DNA of 64,000 nucleotides from Caldilineaceae bacterium (GTDB taxonomy: Bacteria; Chloroflexota; Anaerolineae; Caldilineales; Caldilineaceae), in NCBI GenBank assembly GCA_965221345.1, contig CBDCSD010000001.1, forward strand, positions 1,062,455-1,126,454. Reading direction: 5' to 3'. The translations under genes and the position numbers were made by a program. Position 1 is the first letter of the stretch; every line of letters starts with the position of its first letter. Positions 29,956-38,950 of this stretch are shown here, piece after piece. The notes below the pieces were generated by a model. The model did not search any database, was not told the DNA's origin, and saw only the letters and a list, made by a program, of their open reading frames with translations.

Positions 29956-30426
29956 CAGGGCAATTGCATCAAATTGGGACAAACCCACGTGAGGCTGCCT
30001 GAATCGGGTAGGGGCGCCCCTTGTGGGCGCCCTTCTCAGGGCAAAACGCCGAGAGAAGACAATAGGTAGGGGCACCCCTTGTGGGTGCCCTTTACAAGGC
30101 AAAACGCCGAGAGAAGACAATAGGTAGGGGCACCCCTTGTGGGTGCCCTTTACAAGGCAAAACGCCGAGAGAAGACAATAGGTAGGGGCACCCCTTGTGA
30201 GTGCCCTTTACAAGGCAAAACGCCGAGAGAAGACAATAGGTAGGGGCACCCCTTGTGGGTGCCCTTCTCTAGGCATAGCGCCGAGAGAAGACAATAGGTA
30301 GGGGGCACCCCTTGTGGGTGCCCTTCTCTAGGCAAAACGCCGAGAGAAGACAATAGGTAGGGGGCACCCCTTGTGGGTGCCCTTCGTCGGCTATTTTGGC
30401 GTCCGAATTAAGATGCGTTTGCCCTG
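29956..30426 (+). mobile_element. Inverted-repeat-bounded non-coding element (MITE-like), copy 1, containing a tandem array
   Basis: Left arm CAGGGCAATTGCATCAAATTGGGAC. The reverse complement of the right arm is CAGGGCAAACGCATCTTAATTCGGAC, an imperfect roughly 26-nt inverted repeat. Both arms recur at 56736-56990. The element is flanked by GTAGAGATGTCC and GTAGAGGTGTCC. Confidence 0.6.
30007..30385 (+). repeat. Tandem array: six 58-59-bp units plus a partial seventh, each with an 8-bp-stem hairpin
   Basis: Unit starts (GGTAGGGG) at 30007, 30065, 30123, 30181, 30239, 30297 and 30356. Each unit contains GGGCACCC-CTTGT-GGGTGCCC followed by (T/C)..GGCAAAACGCCGAGAGAAGACAATA. Confidence 0.95.
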
Positions 30427-30510
30427 TAGAGGTGTCCCGGCACCATTGACCAGGTCCGATTTACGCGGTATAAATGGGGCAATCCCTGCATGAATGAGAA
30501 GGAGATCGGT

Positions 30511-31200
30511 ATGCCAAGCCCCTTCCCCGGCATGGACCCATACTTGGAGCACGACGGACGCTGGTCGGACTTACGCCAGCGCCTGATAGTCTATATTTCT
30601 GAATCGCTTCGACCTCAACTGAGGCCGAAGTACATTGCACAAATTGACGTGAGGATTGAACATAGACCACAGGGCAAGGGGGAAGAACGACGGATTCCCT
30701 ATCTTCGAATTGTCAATCTCCCATCTGGGGACGCGGTCACAATGATTGAGGTACTGGGTCCAGCCAATAAGCAGGGGAGCGGAAGAGACCGGTATTTCCA
30801 ACTGCAGGACAAACTGCTCAACTTGCCGGTCAACCTGGTCGAAATCGATCTTCTGTCGAGGCCCACCACAACCTCTGCCCGCTTTTCAGAGTTGCACTCC
30901 CCCCATGACTGGCGATACAACATTTGCATCAATCGCCCTCAAAAGCATAGGGGTGTGGAAGTCTACGCGATTCCCCTGAGAGACCGGCTTCCGCGCTGCA
31001 AGATTCCCCTGCTACCGGAAGATGATGACGCTGTGCTGGACCTGCCTGCCATTCTTGCGCGCTGTTACGAGGTCGGCGGCTATTACCTGCTGCTTGACTA
31101 CAGCAAACCGCCGCCGGTCCCGTTGAGCAAGGCCGAGGAAGAGTGGATGGAAGCGTTGCTCCTGGAAAAGGGCTTGAGAAATAGGCCTGTTCAGCAATAG
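30511..31200 (+). CDS. DUF4058 family protein, internally deleted copy
   Basis: MPSPFPGMDPYLE.. N-terminus and IEVLGPANK..VNLVEIDLL core, with GAGAAGGAGA upstream. Compared with the neighbour it lacks about 38 residues, including the VPDVLVV strand. Confidence 0.8.
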   Translation: MPSPFPGMDPYLEHDGRWSDLRQRLIVYISESLRPQLRPKYIAQIDVRIEHRPQGKGEERRIPYLRIVNLPSGDAVTMIEVLGPANKQGSGRDRYFQLQDKLLNLPVNLVEIDLLSRPTTTSARFSELHSPHDWRYNICINRPQKHRGVEVYAIPLRDRLPRCKIPLLPEDDDAVLDLPAILARCYEVGGYYLLLDYSKPPPVPLSKAEEEWMEALLLEKGLRNRPVQQ

Positions 31201-31430
31201 GTTCGAGATGAAATCTCAAAACGTTGTCAAGATGCTCTGCTTTCAATTCAACCACCAGCGGATTCCTGAAGGAATAAGAATATTCATTCGTTCATGATTC
31301 GGAAGCGGCCAAGCCATGTCAATGACGTCGAACTGGGGCGGAGAGAAGGGTCCCTGCGTTTTCATTGCACGTTATCGGGTCGTGCGACCCAACAGACATT
31401 TCAAATGGCAAGAGCGTACAGGAGATAAGT

Positions 31431-32228
31431 ATGCCTAGTCCTTTCCCCGGTATGGACCCATACTTGGAAAAACGCTCAATTTGGCCTGGCCTGCATCTGC
31501 GCTTGCTCTACAATATCTCAGAGGCTCTTCAACAGCAGGTGCGCCCCAAATACATCGCCAACATTGGGGAACGGATTGAACTTGAGACTCTGAATAAGGT
31601 TTATGTTCCGGACGTCCTGGTAGTCGGGCCGTCCCGAGAACTGGCGGAGACGCGAATTTCTTCGGGCGCGCTCGTTGCCGACGAACCACAGACAATTAGT
31701 GTTTTGGATGAAGAGCGCCGCGTTCCCTATCTTGAAATTATCTATCGCGAGACGGGTGATGTGGTCACGGTGATAGAAGTATTGAGTCCAACCAATAAGG
31801 AAGGCAGAGGGCGAGATCAGTATCTTGAGAAGCAGGATGAACTGCTCAGTTCACCGGTCAATCTGGTTGAGCTCGATCTCCTGTCAGGGCAGCCTGCGAC
31901 TTTTGCCCGTCTCTTCGACATTAATGCCCCCCATGACTGGCGTTACATCATCAGCGCTAGCCGCCCCCAGCGGCGCAATCAGGTGGAAGTCTACGCGATC
32001 CCGCTGAGAAACCGGCTTCCGCGCTGCAAGATTCCCCTGCTACCTGAAGATGATGACGCTGTGCTGGACCTGCCTGCCATTCTTGTGCGCTGTTACGAAG
32101 TCGGCGGCTATGACCTGCTTCTTGACTACAGCAAACCGCCGCCGGTCTCGTTGAGCAAGGCCGAGGCGGAGTGGATGGAAGCGTTGCTCCTGGAAAAGGG
32201 CTTGCGAACAGCGCCGGCGCAGCAATAG
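31431..32228 (+). CDS. DUF4058 family protein (full-length; PD-(D/E)XK-like)
   Basis: MPSPFPGMDPYLEKRSIWPGLHLRLL.., VYVPDVLVV, VIEVLSPTNK, VNLVELDLL and C-terminal LLDYSKPPPVSLSKAEAEWMEALLLEKGL. AGGAGA upstream. Confidence 0.85.
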   Translation: MPSPFPGMDPYLEKRSIWPGLHLRLLYNISEALQQQVRPKYIANIGERIELETLNKVYVPDVLVVGPSRELAETRISSGALVADEPQTISVLDEERRVPYLEIIYRETGDVVTVIEVLSPTNKEGRGRDQYLEKQDELLSSPVNLVELDLLSGQPATFARLFDINAPHDWRYIISASRPQRRNQVEVYAIPLRNRLPRCKIPLLPEDDDAVLDLPAILVRCYEVGGYDLLLDYSKPPPVSLSKAEAEWMEALLLEKGLRTAPAQQ

Positions 32229-32307
32229 CCTCACGACGAATTCTCGATACGACGACAAGTCAGTCTGTGAAAGAAGTATCCTGCCCGTTTAGGATGAGGA
32301 GATCGCC

Positions 32308-33675
32308 TTGCCTTCCGATCCAGTCTTCCCCCTCATTCAACTTCCCGCCGACTACACGTCCCAACGCGCCACGAGGCGAGTCAATCTGGCCCCCGGGCAG
32401 ACTGTTGATCTCATAAGCGCCCAAGGCCCCGGCTGCGTCCGACATTTCTGGATTACCAGCACACTGCCAGATGAACTTGACATCGAAATCACATGCGATG
32501 AAGAGCAGCCGCAGGTCATAATGAGGCTGCATCAGTTCTTCGGCGTCCTGCTGGGAAAAGACCCCTATCGCATCGAGTCGGCGCCGCTCAAGCTGCTGCC
32601 CAAGAATGGCTACAACTCCTACTTCCCGCTACCGTTCCAGAATTCGTGCAGTATCACTCTGCGCAATACAGGACAGCAATCGACCTCCGTCTGGTCGATG
32701 GTCAACTGGCAGCAGTACGACGAGCGACTGTCGCTCACGCCCTACCGGTTGCACGCTCAATTCACTGAGGAGAAACCAGCACAGCCGCTCGGTACAACCC
32801 TGCTCGGCGCAATCCGAGGTAGTGGATTTGTCGCCGGCCTCTTCCACGCAGTCCGGCGCCATGACTACCGCGACATGATCTGGCATACGGGCGGAGATAC
32901 CTGGCTGATCGACGGCGAAACCAATCCCCACGTCCTGCGGGGGATCGGCAGCGAGGATCTCTTCGGCCACTCCTTCGGCATGTACCCGGACATGAGCGAA
33001 TGGACAGGGGCGCCGCACGTCGTTGGCCTGAACGCCGACTGTGCTGAGGTCGTCGCCTACCGCTTTTTCGGCGCGGATAGCATAGCGTTCAAATCTTCGC
33101 TTTCGTTGCGCTTCGGCACGCGCGCCAACGACATGGAGAGCGTCCTGTACTACTACAAATCGGCGGAGAGCGACACCACTGCAGTAGAGACGCCGCAGGA
33201 ATGGACACTCTCCGGGCCGTTTGACTGCCAGACATGGGACGACTTCGATCGCGCCGAGTTTCCTGAGACGCCTGCAGAAGAGTGGCCGGCCAAATGGGAT
33301 TGGAGCAGGCGCAGCCTGACCGCTGTGAAGACAGCGCCGGAACTGACCTGGATCGACTTTTGCCGCTGGTTTCGCCGCGATGCCACCGGCAACACGGGCA
33401 CGCAGCCAGTCGATGCCGCCGCTTACGCCGAGACCGTCATAGCGGCCCAGTCGGAAAAGAGGGCGGTGCTGCGTATCGGTTTTGACGACTGGCTGAAAGT
33501 GTGGCTTAACGACAAGCTCATCGCCACCTCGAGGCACGACGAAGGCTTCGCGATCAGCGAAGTTCCTGTCACTCTCAATCGGGGCGAGAACAGGCTGCGT
33601 CTGAAATTGAGCAACTTCGACAACGATGAATGGCGCTGCTGGGCATTCAGCTGTGTGATCCGGCCCGCCGATTGA
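32308..33675 (+). CDS. DUF2961 domain protein (GH172-type glycoside hydrolase family)
   Basis: GPGCVRHFWITS, GYNSYFPLPFQNSCSITLRN and VNWQQYD fit the DUF2961 pattern. TTG start with GAGGAGA upstream. Confidence 0.7.
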   Translation: MPSDPVFPLIQLPADYTSQRATRRVNLAPGQTVDLISAQGPGCVRHFWITSTLPDELDIEITCDEEQPQVIMRLHQFFGVLLGKDPYRIESAPLKLLPKNGYNSYFPLPFQNSCSITLRNTGQQSTSVWSMVNWQQYDERLSLTPYRLHAQFTEEKPAQPLGTTLLGAIRGSGFVAGLFHAVRRHDYRDMIWHTGGDTWLIDGETNPHVLRGIGSEDLFGHSFGMYPDMSEWTGAPHVVGLNADCAEVVAYRFFGADSIAFKSSLSLRFGTRANDMESVLYYYKSAESDTTAVETPQEWTLSGPFDCQTWDDFDRAEFPETPAEEWPAKWDWSRRSLTAVKTAPELTWIDFCRWFRRDATGNTGTQPVDAAAYAETVIAAQSEKRAVLRIGFDDWLKVWLNDKLIATSRHDEGFAISEVPVTLNRGENRLRLKLSNFDNDEWRCWAFSCVIRPAD

Positions 33676-33712
33676 ACGCCTCCCGTTTGAAGGCCCCTCG
33701 GTTGGGCGCGCC

Positions 33713-35182
33713 TTAGAGGGACATCTCCCAGACCTGCACGTTGCTGATCGTCGCGCTGCCGGCCTCGACCGCGAAGCCCAGCCGCCCGCCCGACTTGTGG
33801 TCCATCGTGTAGCATTGGATATGCACGTCGTCGATGTAAAACTCGACATGCGCATCGCGCAGCAGGACCCGCCAGCGCGCCGGCTGGCCAACCGAATAGC
33901 GAAACGGCTTTCTGTCCTGCGGCCTGAACGAGTAACCGTCGTAGCGCCCGACCCCCACGTGACCGTCGCTCTGCGCCAGCAGCAACGTCCCCTCGTTGGC
34001 TGCCTCCCCTTCCACGAAAATACCTGCCCCGGAGAGCGCCGCATCCGAACTATGCGGCGTCAGTTCCGCCTCCAGGATGACGCCGCGCCCGGTGTTGTAC
34101 TGGACGGGCAACATGGCCAGCCCTCCCGAGTCTGCGCCCAATGTCGCTTGGCTTGTTGCCACTGTGCAGACGTCGTCTTGCAGGCCGTACAGCTGGCAGT
34201 CCTCTAGGACGACCGGCATTTCTTTGCCCTTCAACGCCTCGTTGCCAGTCCACCAGTGCAGGCTCAAAATGCCGGCGTCGTCCCGCTGCACCGACTTCAA
34301 GGGCGAGAAGTAGATATCCTCGGGGCCGGCGTGCCCGCTGCGTGGCACCGTATGATGGTTGAGCAACAGCTCGTCACCGCAGCGGTAGAAGCGAGCGAAG
34401 TAGGTGTAAAGAATTGGGCTGCTGCTCAGGAACGGGGCCTGCTGCGGGTCCAGCTCGTACGGCCCGGACTGGCTTTCCGAGTTCAGCACGAACATGCCGC
34501 CCTCGCCCGCCGGCAGCCGCGACCGCTGCCGGGCGCCAAGCGGCGCGGCGCCCACTCCCAAAAGCATGTAGTGTCGGTCGCCGAACTTTTCCACCGCGCC
34601 GACCTCGACGCGGTCCCCCCATACGCCGGTCTCGATCACCGGCGGCGCCGCCCGAAAGTGGCGGCCGTCGTCAGATACCACGCAGCCGGCCGTGCCGCAC
34701 AAACCCGCCGGACCATGTCGCGCCACCGCCGTCAAGAATCCGATGTAGCCCTCGCCTTCCTCGCGCGGCAGCGCCCAGATGCAGTCCCAACGCGGGCGGG
34801 TGAATGTCGGGTCGTCCGCGTACCAGCGCGAATCCGCCCGGCAGATATATTCCTCGTCCGGCAAGCGCCGCCAGTGCAACAGGTCATCCGACTCGGCAAA
34901 GAAGATCTCCTGCAAGTTGGCTCGTTCCTCAGAGAAGTTGAGCATGAACTTGTCACCGACGCGCCAGACCATGCCGGTGCCCAGCCAGACGGCATCATCC
35001 GCCTTGTGGATGATGGGGCCGTGGTCGTCGAAGTGGACGCCGTCAGTGGATACGGCCACACTCATACCGTCCCAGCGCACATCCGCGCGCGAGTTGTGCA
35101 GATAGAAGAGATAGTGTTTGCCCTCGTGGTAATAGAGCCAAGTGTCCCACATACGCGCGACGATGCTGGGTTTGAAGATCAT
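33713..35182 (-). CDS. Putative beta-propeller glycoside hydrolase (GH32/GH43-like) with a C-terminal lectin/LamG-like domain
   Basis: 489 aa. MWDTWLYYHEGKHYLFYLH.., DGVHFDDHGPII, and the C-terminal VEFYIDDVHIQCYTM..GRLGFAVEAG typical of concanavalin-like sandwiches. The family call is tentative. Confidence 0.55.
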   Translation of the reverse strand: MIFKPSIVARMWDTWLYYHEGKHYLFYLHNSRADVRWDGMSVAVSTDGVHFDDHGPIIHKADDAVWLGTGMVWRVGDKFMLNFSEERANLQEIFFAESDDLLHWRRLPDEEYICRADSRWYADDPTFTRPRWDCIWALPREEGEGYIGFLTAVARHGPAGLCGTAGCVVSDDGRHFRAAPPVIETGVWGDRVEVGAVEKFGDRHYMLLGVGAAPLGARQRSRLPAGEGGMFVLNSESQSGPYELDPQQAPFLSSSPILYTYFARFYRCGDELLLNHHTVPRSGHAGPEDIYFSPLKSVQRDDAGILSLHWWTGNEALKGKEMPVVLEDCQLYGLQDDVCTVATSQATLGADSGGLAMLPVQYNTGRGVILEAELTPHSSDAALSGAGIFVEGEAANEGTLLLAQSDGHVGVGRYDGYSFRPQDRKPFRYSVGQPARWRVLLRDAHVEFYIDDVHIQCYTMDHKSGGRLGFAVEAGSATISNVQVWEMSL

Positions 35183-35243
35183 TTTCAGTTCCTTTCCGAC
35201 GGGAATTGACAGCGGCCAGTGAGCAAGGGGCGAACATTCGTGG

Positions 35244-36122
35244 TTACCCTTTCACGCCCGTAATCACTATGCCTTGGATGTAATGCTTCTGCGCCACGAA
35301 GAATAGGAGCACCGGCGGAAGCATGGCAATGAAGGAGACGACCATCAGTTCCGACCACAGCACGCCGTGCGCAGCACGCAGAAACGATAACGCGATTGCA
35401 AGCGGGTACGTTTCCATCCGGCTCAAATAGATCAAGGGCCCCAGAAACTCGTTCCACGACCACGTGAACGCAAAGATCGCGGTGATGCCCAGCGCCGGCT
35501 TGCTCAACGGCAGCAGGATGCGCACGAACAGTCCTATGACACTGCAGCCGTCAATCCGCGCCGCGTCGTCCAGCTCCCGCGGGATCGTCGAATAAAACTG
35601 GCGCAGCAAAAAGATGAAATAGGCGTTGGCAAAGAAATGCGGGACGATCAGAGGGTTGTACGAGTTGATCCAACCAATCTTGGAAAACAGTATAAACAGA
35701 GGGATCATCGTTACCTGCTGGGGCAGCATCATCGTACTCAGTACGATGATGAACAGGACCCGGCTGCCTCGAAACTGTAAACGCGCGAAGGCGAAGGCAA
35801 CGATGGCGTTGGAGAGAACCGTTCCCAGCGTGATCATGAGGCTCATGTACATCGAGTTGCGGATAAACACCAGGAACGAGACCGGGAAGATCGTCACCGC
35901 CCGAATGTAGTTCGACCACTCAAACGGGTCCGGAATCCAGATCGGCGGAAATTTCGTGATCTGGTGGGGCGCTTTGAGCGATGTGGAGAGCATCCAGGCC
36001 AGTGGGATCATGACCACGATTGCACCGGCAATGAGAACAATGTGGATCAGGATGGACTGCGTCCTCTGGCTCCGTCTTAAGCTCGCACGAGATGTCCCGA
36101 TTCCTATGGCAGCGCCGCTCAT
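35244..36122 (-). CDS. Carbohydrate ABC transporter permease
   Basis: 292 aa with DAARIDGCSVIGLFVRILLPL. Overlaps the upstream permease gene by 4 nt. Confidence 0.88.
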   Translation of the reverse strand: MSGAAIGIGTSRASLRRSQRTQSILIHIVLIAGAIVVMIPLAWMLSTSLKAPHQITKFPPIWIPDPFEWSNYIRAVTIFPVSFLVFIRNSMYMSLMITLGTVLSNAIVAFAFARLQFRGSRVLFIIVLSTMMLPQQVTMIPLFILFSKIGWINSYNPLIVPHFFANAYFIFLLRQFYSTIPRELDDAARIDGCSVIGLFVRILLPLSKPALGITAIFAFTWSWNEFLGPLIYLSRMETYPLAIALSFLRAAHGVLWSELMVVSFIAMLPPVLLFFVAQKHYIQGIVITGVKG

Positions 36123-37099
36123 GACCTCTTCCCTCCAATATCGGTCTCATAGTAAACCCACGCCTTCGACGATCTGAAGAGCAGAAGTGTGAAGACCAGG
36201 AGAATCAGGAAGAAGATCCACGCATACGCGCTGGCGTACCCCATCCGATACTGCCGAAAAGCTACCTGATACAGGTACAGCACCATCATTAAAGTGGCAT
36301 TGACAGGGCCCCCCTTGCCCTCGGTCATCACGTACACGTTGGTGAACACCTGCGAAGACCAGATGATCTGCGTGACCACGACAAAGAACAGTGTCGGGCT
36401 GATCATCGGAATGGTGATGCTGCGGAACCGGCGCCAGATGCCGGCCCCGTCGATCGTGGCGGCCTCGTACAACTCGGTAGGAATGCCCTGCAGCCCCGCC
36501 AGGAAGATGAGCATGTTTGAACCCGAGCCCCAGACGCTCATGATCACCAGTGCCAGCTTCGCCGTGCCCCTGTCGTACAGCCAGCGCGGTCCCTCGATCC
36601 CGACCAGCGACAACGCCCAGTTGATCAGCCCGAATTCCGGCTGAAACAACCACAGCCACAGCAGCGAAGTGGCGATGGAAGGGATTATCGCGGGCAGATA
36701 ATAGACGATTCGGTATGTGGGCTGTCCCGAGATGTTCTGATTGAGCAGAATGGCGATGAAAAAACCAACGCTTATCGTCAAGGGGATGCTGAGGAAAACG
36801 TAATAAGCCGTGTTGTACAGCGTGGTCCAGAACAGCGTTCGCGTCGAATCGAAGGAGAGAAGCTTCGTATAATTTTCAAAGCCTACAAACTCAAGTGTAA
36901 ATAGATCGGTCTCAGTTAAACTCAGGCCGAGCGAGGTCAGCATTGGACCGACAATGAACGCCAGAAATCCAATCACCCATGGGGAAATCAGGAGGTAAGC
37001 GATTAGCTCCTCCCGCTGACGCAACGTGCGCCGCGACCAGAAATTCGAGGAGAGCATCCTTGTCAAGGCAGTTCGGCCGCTCTGTGCTTGGGCGCCCAT
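36119..37099 (-). CDS. Sugar ABC transporter permease
   Basis: 326 aa with EAATIDGAGIWRRFRSITIPMI. Confidence 0.88.
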   Translation of the reverse strand: MGAQAQSGRTALTRMLSSNFWSRRTLRQREELIAYLLISPWVIGFLAFIVGPMLTSLGLSLTETDLFTLEFVGFENYTKLLSFDSTRTLFWTTLYNTAYYVFLSIPLTISVGFFIAILLNQNISGQPTYRIVYYLPAIIPSIATSLLWLWLFQPEFGLINWALSLVGIEGPRWLYDRGTAKLALVIMSVWGSGSNMLIFLAGLQGIPTELYEAATIDGAGIWRRFRSITIPMISPTLFFVVVTQIIWSSQVFTNVYVMTEGKGGPVNATLMMVLYLYQVAFRQYRMGYASAYAWIFFLILLVFTLLLFRSSKAWVYYETDIGGKRS

Positions 37100-37147
37100 G
37101 TAGACGATCCCCTATCCGAATTCGAGTTGCAAAAGAGGAGGAGAGAG

Positions 37148-37215
37148 GTGAGTGTTCAATCCCCTTGACGCGGGCGGCACCCGAGCAAGGCCTCACTCTC
37201 TCCTCTTTCTCACTC
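37148..37215 (-). promoter_or_regulatory. GA-rich intercistronic stem-loop after the binding-protein gene
   Basis: GAGGAGAGAGGTGAG pairs with CTCACTCTCTCCTC (14 bp with one bulge) and a 39-nt loop. It sits in the gap between the binding-protein stop (37233) and the permease start (37099). Confidence 0.45.
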
Positions 37216-37232
37216 CTCGAAATTCAACTTGA

Positions 37233-38564
37233 TCAGGCAAAAAGCTCGTCGATTCGCTCTACGATCAGATTGACGCCTTCTTCCAGCCCGATGTCACCAG
37301 TCACCCAGATCTGCTCCCAAATCGGAGTAAAGACTTCCGAGTTGACCTTCTCGTTCTCCTGGAAGGCAGGGTTCAGCCGTGCATGGTCCATGATGCGGGA
37401 GAAGGCGGCCACGTCGTAACCTTCAACCGCGCCCATCGACTCATTGTCCCAGGCAGTGCCGGCCACGCTGCGCCGCGACGGTTGCAGGCCGACAATGCTC
37501 AGCGCCATCACCTCTTGAGCCTCTGGTGAGGTCAGAAACGTCGCCAACTGCACTGACGCGTCCGGCTCCTTCGTCTTCTTGGCAATGACATAGCCGTTGG
37601 CAAAAGTGAGGCCCGCCCTGCCGCCGTCGCGTACCACCGGCAAATCTGTAAAGTCCCACTCGAATTCGTTCTCACGAATATAGTTTGTGACAGTCCAACT
37701 GTGGGACTCCATGAACGCCACTTTGCCGGTCGAAAAGACGTTCCACCAACCGACTTCAGGAATCGAGCCCGCGGCCGGCGCCACCGGATTGTCACCATAA
37801 ATCTGGTCGTGGTTGAACTTGAGACCCTCCAAAGACCTTTCGCTGTCCAGGAGGCATTTCGTACCAAAGACTTCGGCATTCATCCACTCGCCGCCGTTCA
37901 TCCAGACGTAGTGTTGCAGATAACCCTGGGCCACGTAATTTCCCCACTGGACAGTCTTGCCGTCGGCGTCGCGCCTGGTCGTTGCCTCGTATGCCGCCAG
38001 ATAGTCGTCCCAGGTCCAGTCGCCGCTAGGATGCTCGATCCCGGCTTCATCCAGCAGGTCCTTGTTATAGGCCATCACCACCGTCGACACATACTTGGGC
38101 AATCCGAACAACTGCCCATCCATGAGATGGGCATTGACGATGGCGGGATAGAAGTCCTCAAGGTAATCGCTGTCGAAATAATCGTCCAGCTGCAGCAGCT
38201 GGCCCTTCTGCATCAGGTTATAGTTGATGTTGCCCCAAACGAACATGACATCGGGCGAATCGCCGGCTACCGCCTGCGTATAAAGTTTGTCGGCGTAGTC
38301 GGGCGACTCCGCGTTTTCAAACGTCACGTTGATGCCGGGATTTCCCTCCTCGAAACTGGGTATGATCTCGTCCGTCCAGAATGCAATACCCTCCGGACCG
38401 ACCCAACTTCCCTCTGCCAGTCTGATCTCGATAGGCTCCTCGGCCATCGCCGACCCTGATTCGTCAGGGGCGGCCGCCGGTGCGACGCAGGCCGCAAGCA
38501 GCCCGCCGCCGGCCGTCGTCGCCGACAGGCGCAGAAAATCGCGTCGGTTCATTCGTTTATTCAT
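37233..38564 (-). CDS. Extracellular solute-binding protein (CUT1), paralog A
   Basis: MNKRMNRRDFLRLSATTAGGGLLAACVAP. ATG 38564 with AGGAGG 5 nt upstream. Confidence 0.88.
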   Translation of the reverse strand: MNKRMNRRDFLRLSATTAGGGLLAACVAPAAAPDESGSAMAEEPIEIRLAEGSWVGPEGIAFWTDEIIPSFEEGNPGINVTFENAESPDYADKLYTQAVAGDSPDVMFVWGNINYNLMQKGQLLQLDDYFDSDYLEDFYPAIVNAHLMDGQLFGLPKYVSTVVMAYNKDLLDEAGIEHPSGDWTWDDYLAAYEATTRRDADGKTVQWGNYVAQGYLQHYVWMNGGEWMNAEVFGTKCLLDSERSLEGLKFNHDQIYGDNPVAPAAGSIPEVGWWNVFSTGKVAFMESHSWTVTNYIRENEFEWDFTDLPVVRDGGRAGLTFANGYVIAKKTKEPDASVQLATFLTSPEAQEVMALSIVGLQPSRRSVAGTAWDNESMGAVEGYDVAAFSRIMDHARLNPAFQENEKVNSEVFTPIWEQIWVTGDIGLEEGVNLIVERIDELFA

Positions 38565-38808
38565 CAATGCCTCCTGGTTCGCACGTGGAAGTGTCAATAT
38601 CAGTTTCGAACTCTTTACCCACTGTTACTTTCTTTACGCGCAGCCTCATCAGGTTGATTGGCGCGCATCCTCCCTTTCCACCTTACCCCGTTCCCCAAGC
38701 CGTCATCAATGCTGGCCGTTTCCCGCTGCACCCTACATTCCGAGGCCAGAAGGAATGCCCTCCAACTCATCCGGCACAAGGGCGATGCCTGTGCTAATCG
38801 TTCAAGTT

Positions 38809-38871
38809 AGGCCGGCGTGTTGTCCATCGCATTCCTTTGCAACCAAATTGCGGTGGGCAACACACCGGCCT
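38809..38871 (-). promoter_or_regulatory. Long stem-loop between the two binding-protein paralogs
   Basis: AGGCCGGCGTGTTG.. pairs with ..CAACACACCGGCCT and extends to roughly 22 pairs. The one C-A mismatch on the plus strand becomes a G-U pair on the minus (mRNA) strand. Confidence 0.5.
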
Positions 38872-38950
38872 TGCTCTATCTTCGTTCCGGATCGAGGCCT
38901 ACTCAATCTGCCAGGTCCCTACAAAATTTCGCCCGACCTACTCTCTGCGA

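Noticed and set aside
30007-30385. Possible CRISPR array (palindromic ~24-nt repeats at regular spacing)
   Set aside because: The segments between the palindromes are essentially identical to one another, so there are no unique spacers. The period is a constant 58-59 nt and no cas genes are nearby. It is a plain tandem repeat.
32629-34044. 471-aa minus-strand ORF spanning the DUF2961 gene and part of the next gene
   Set aside because: It is antisense to a well-supported gene, Arg/Pro/Gly-rich, and crosses a convergent gene boundary.
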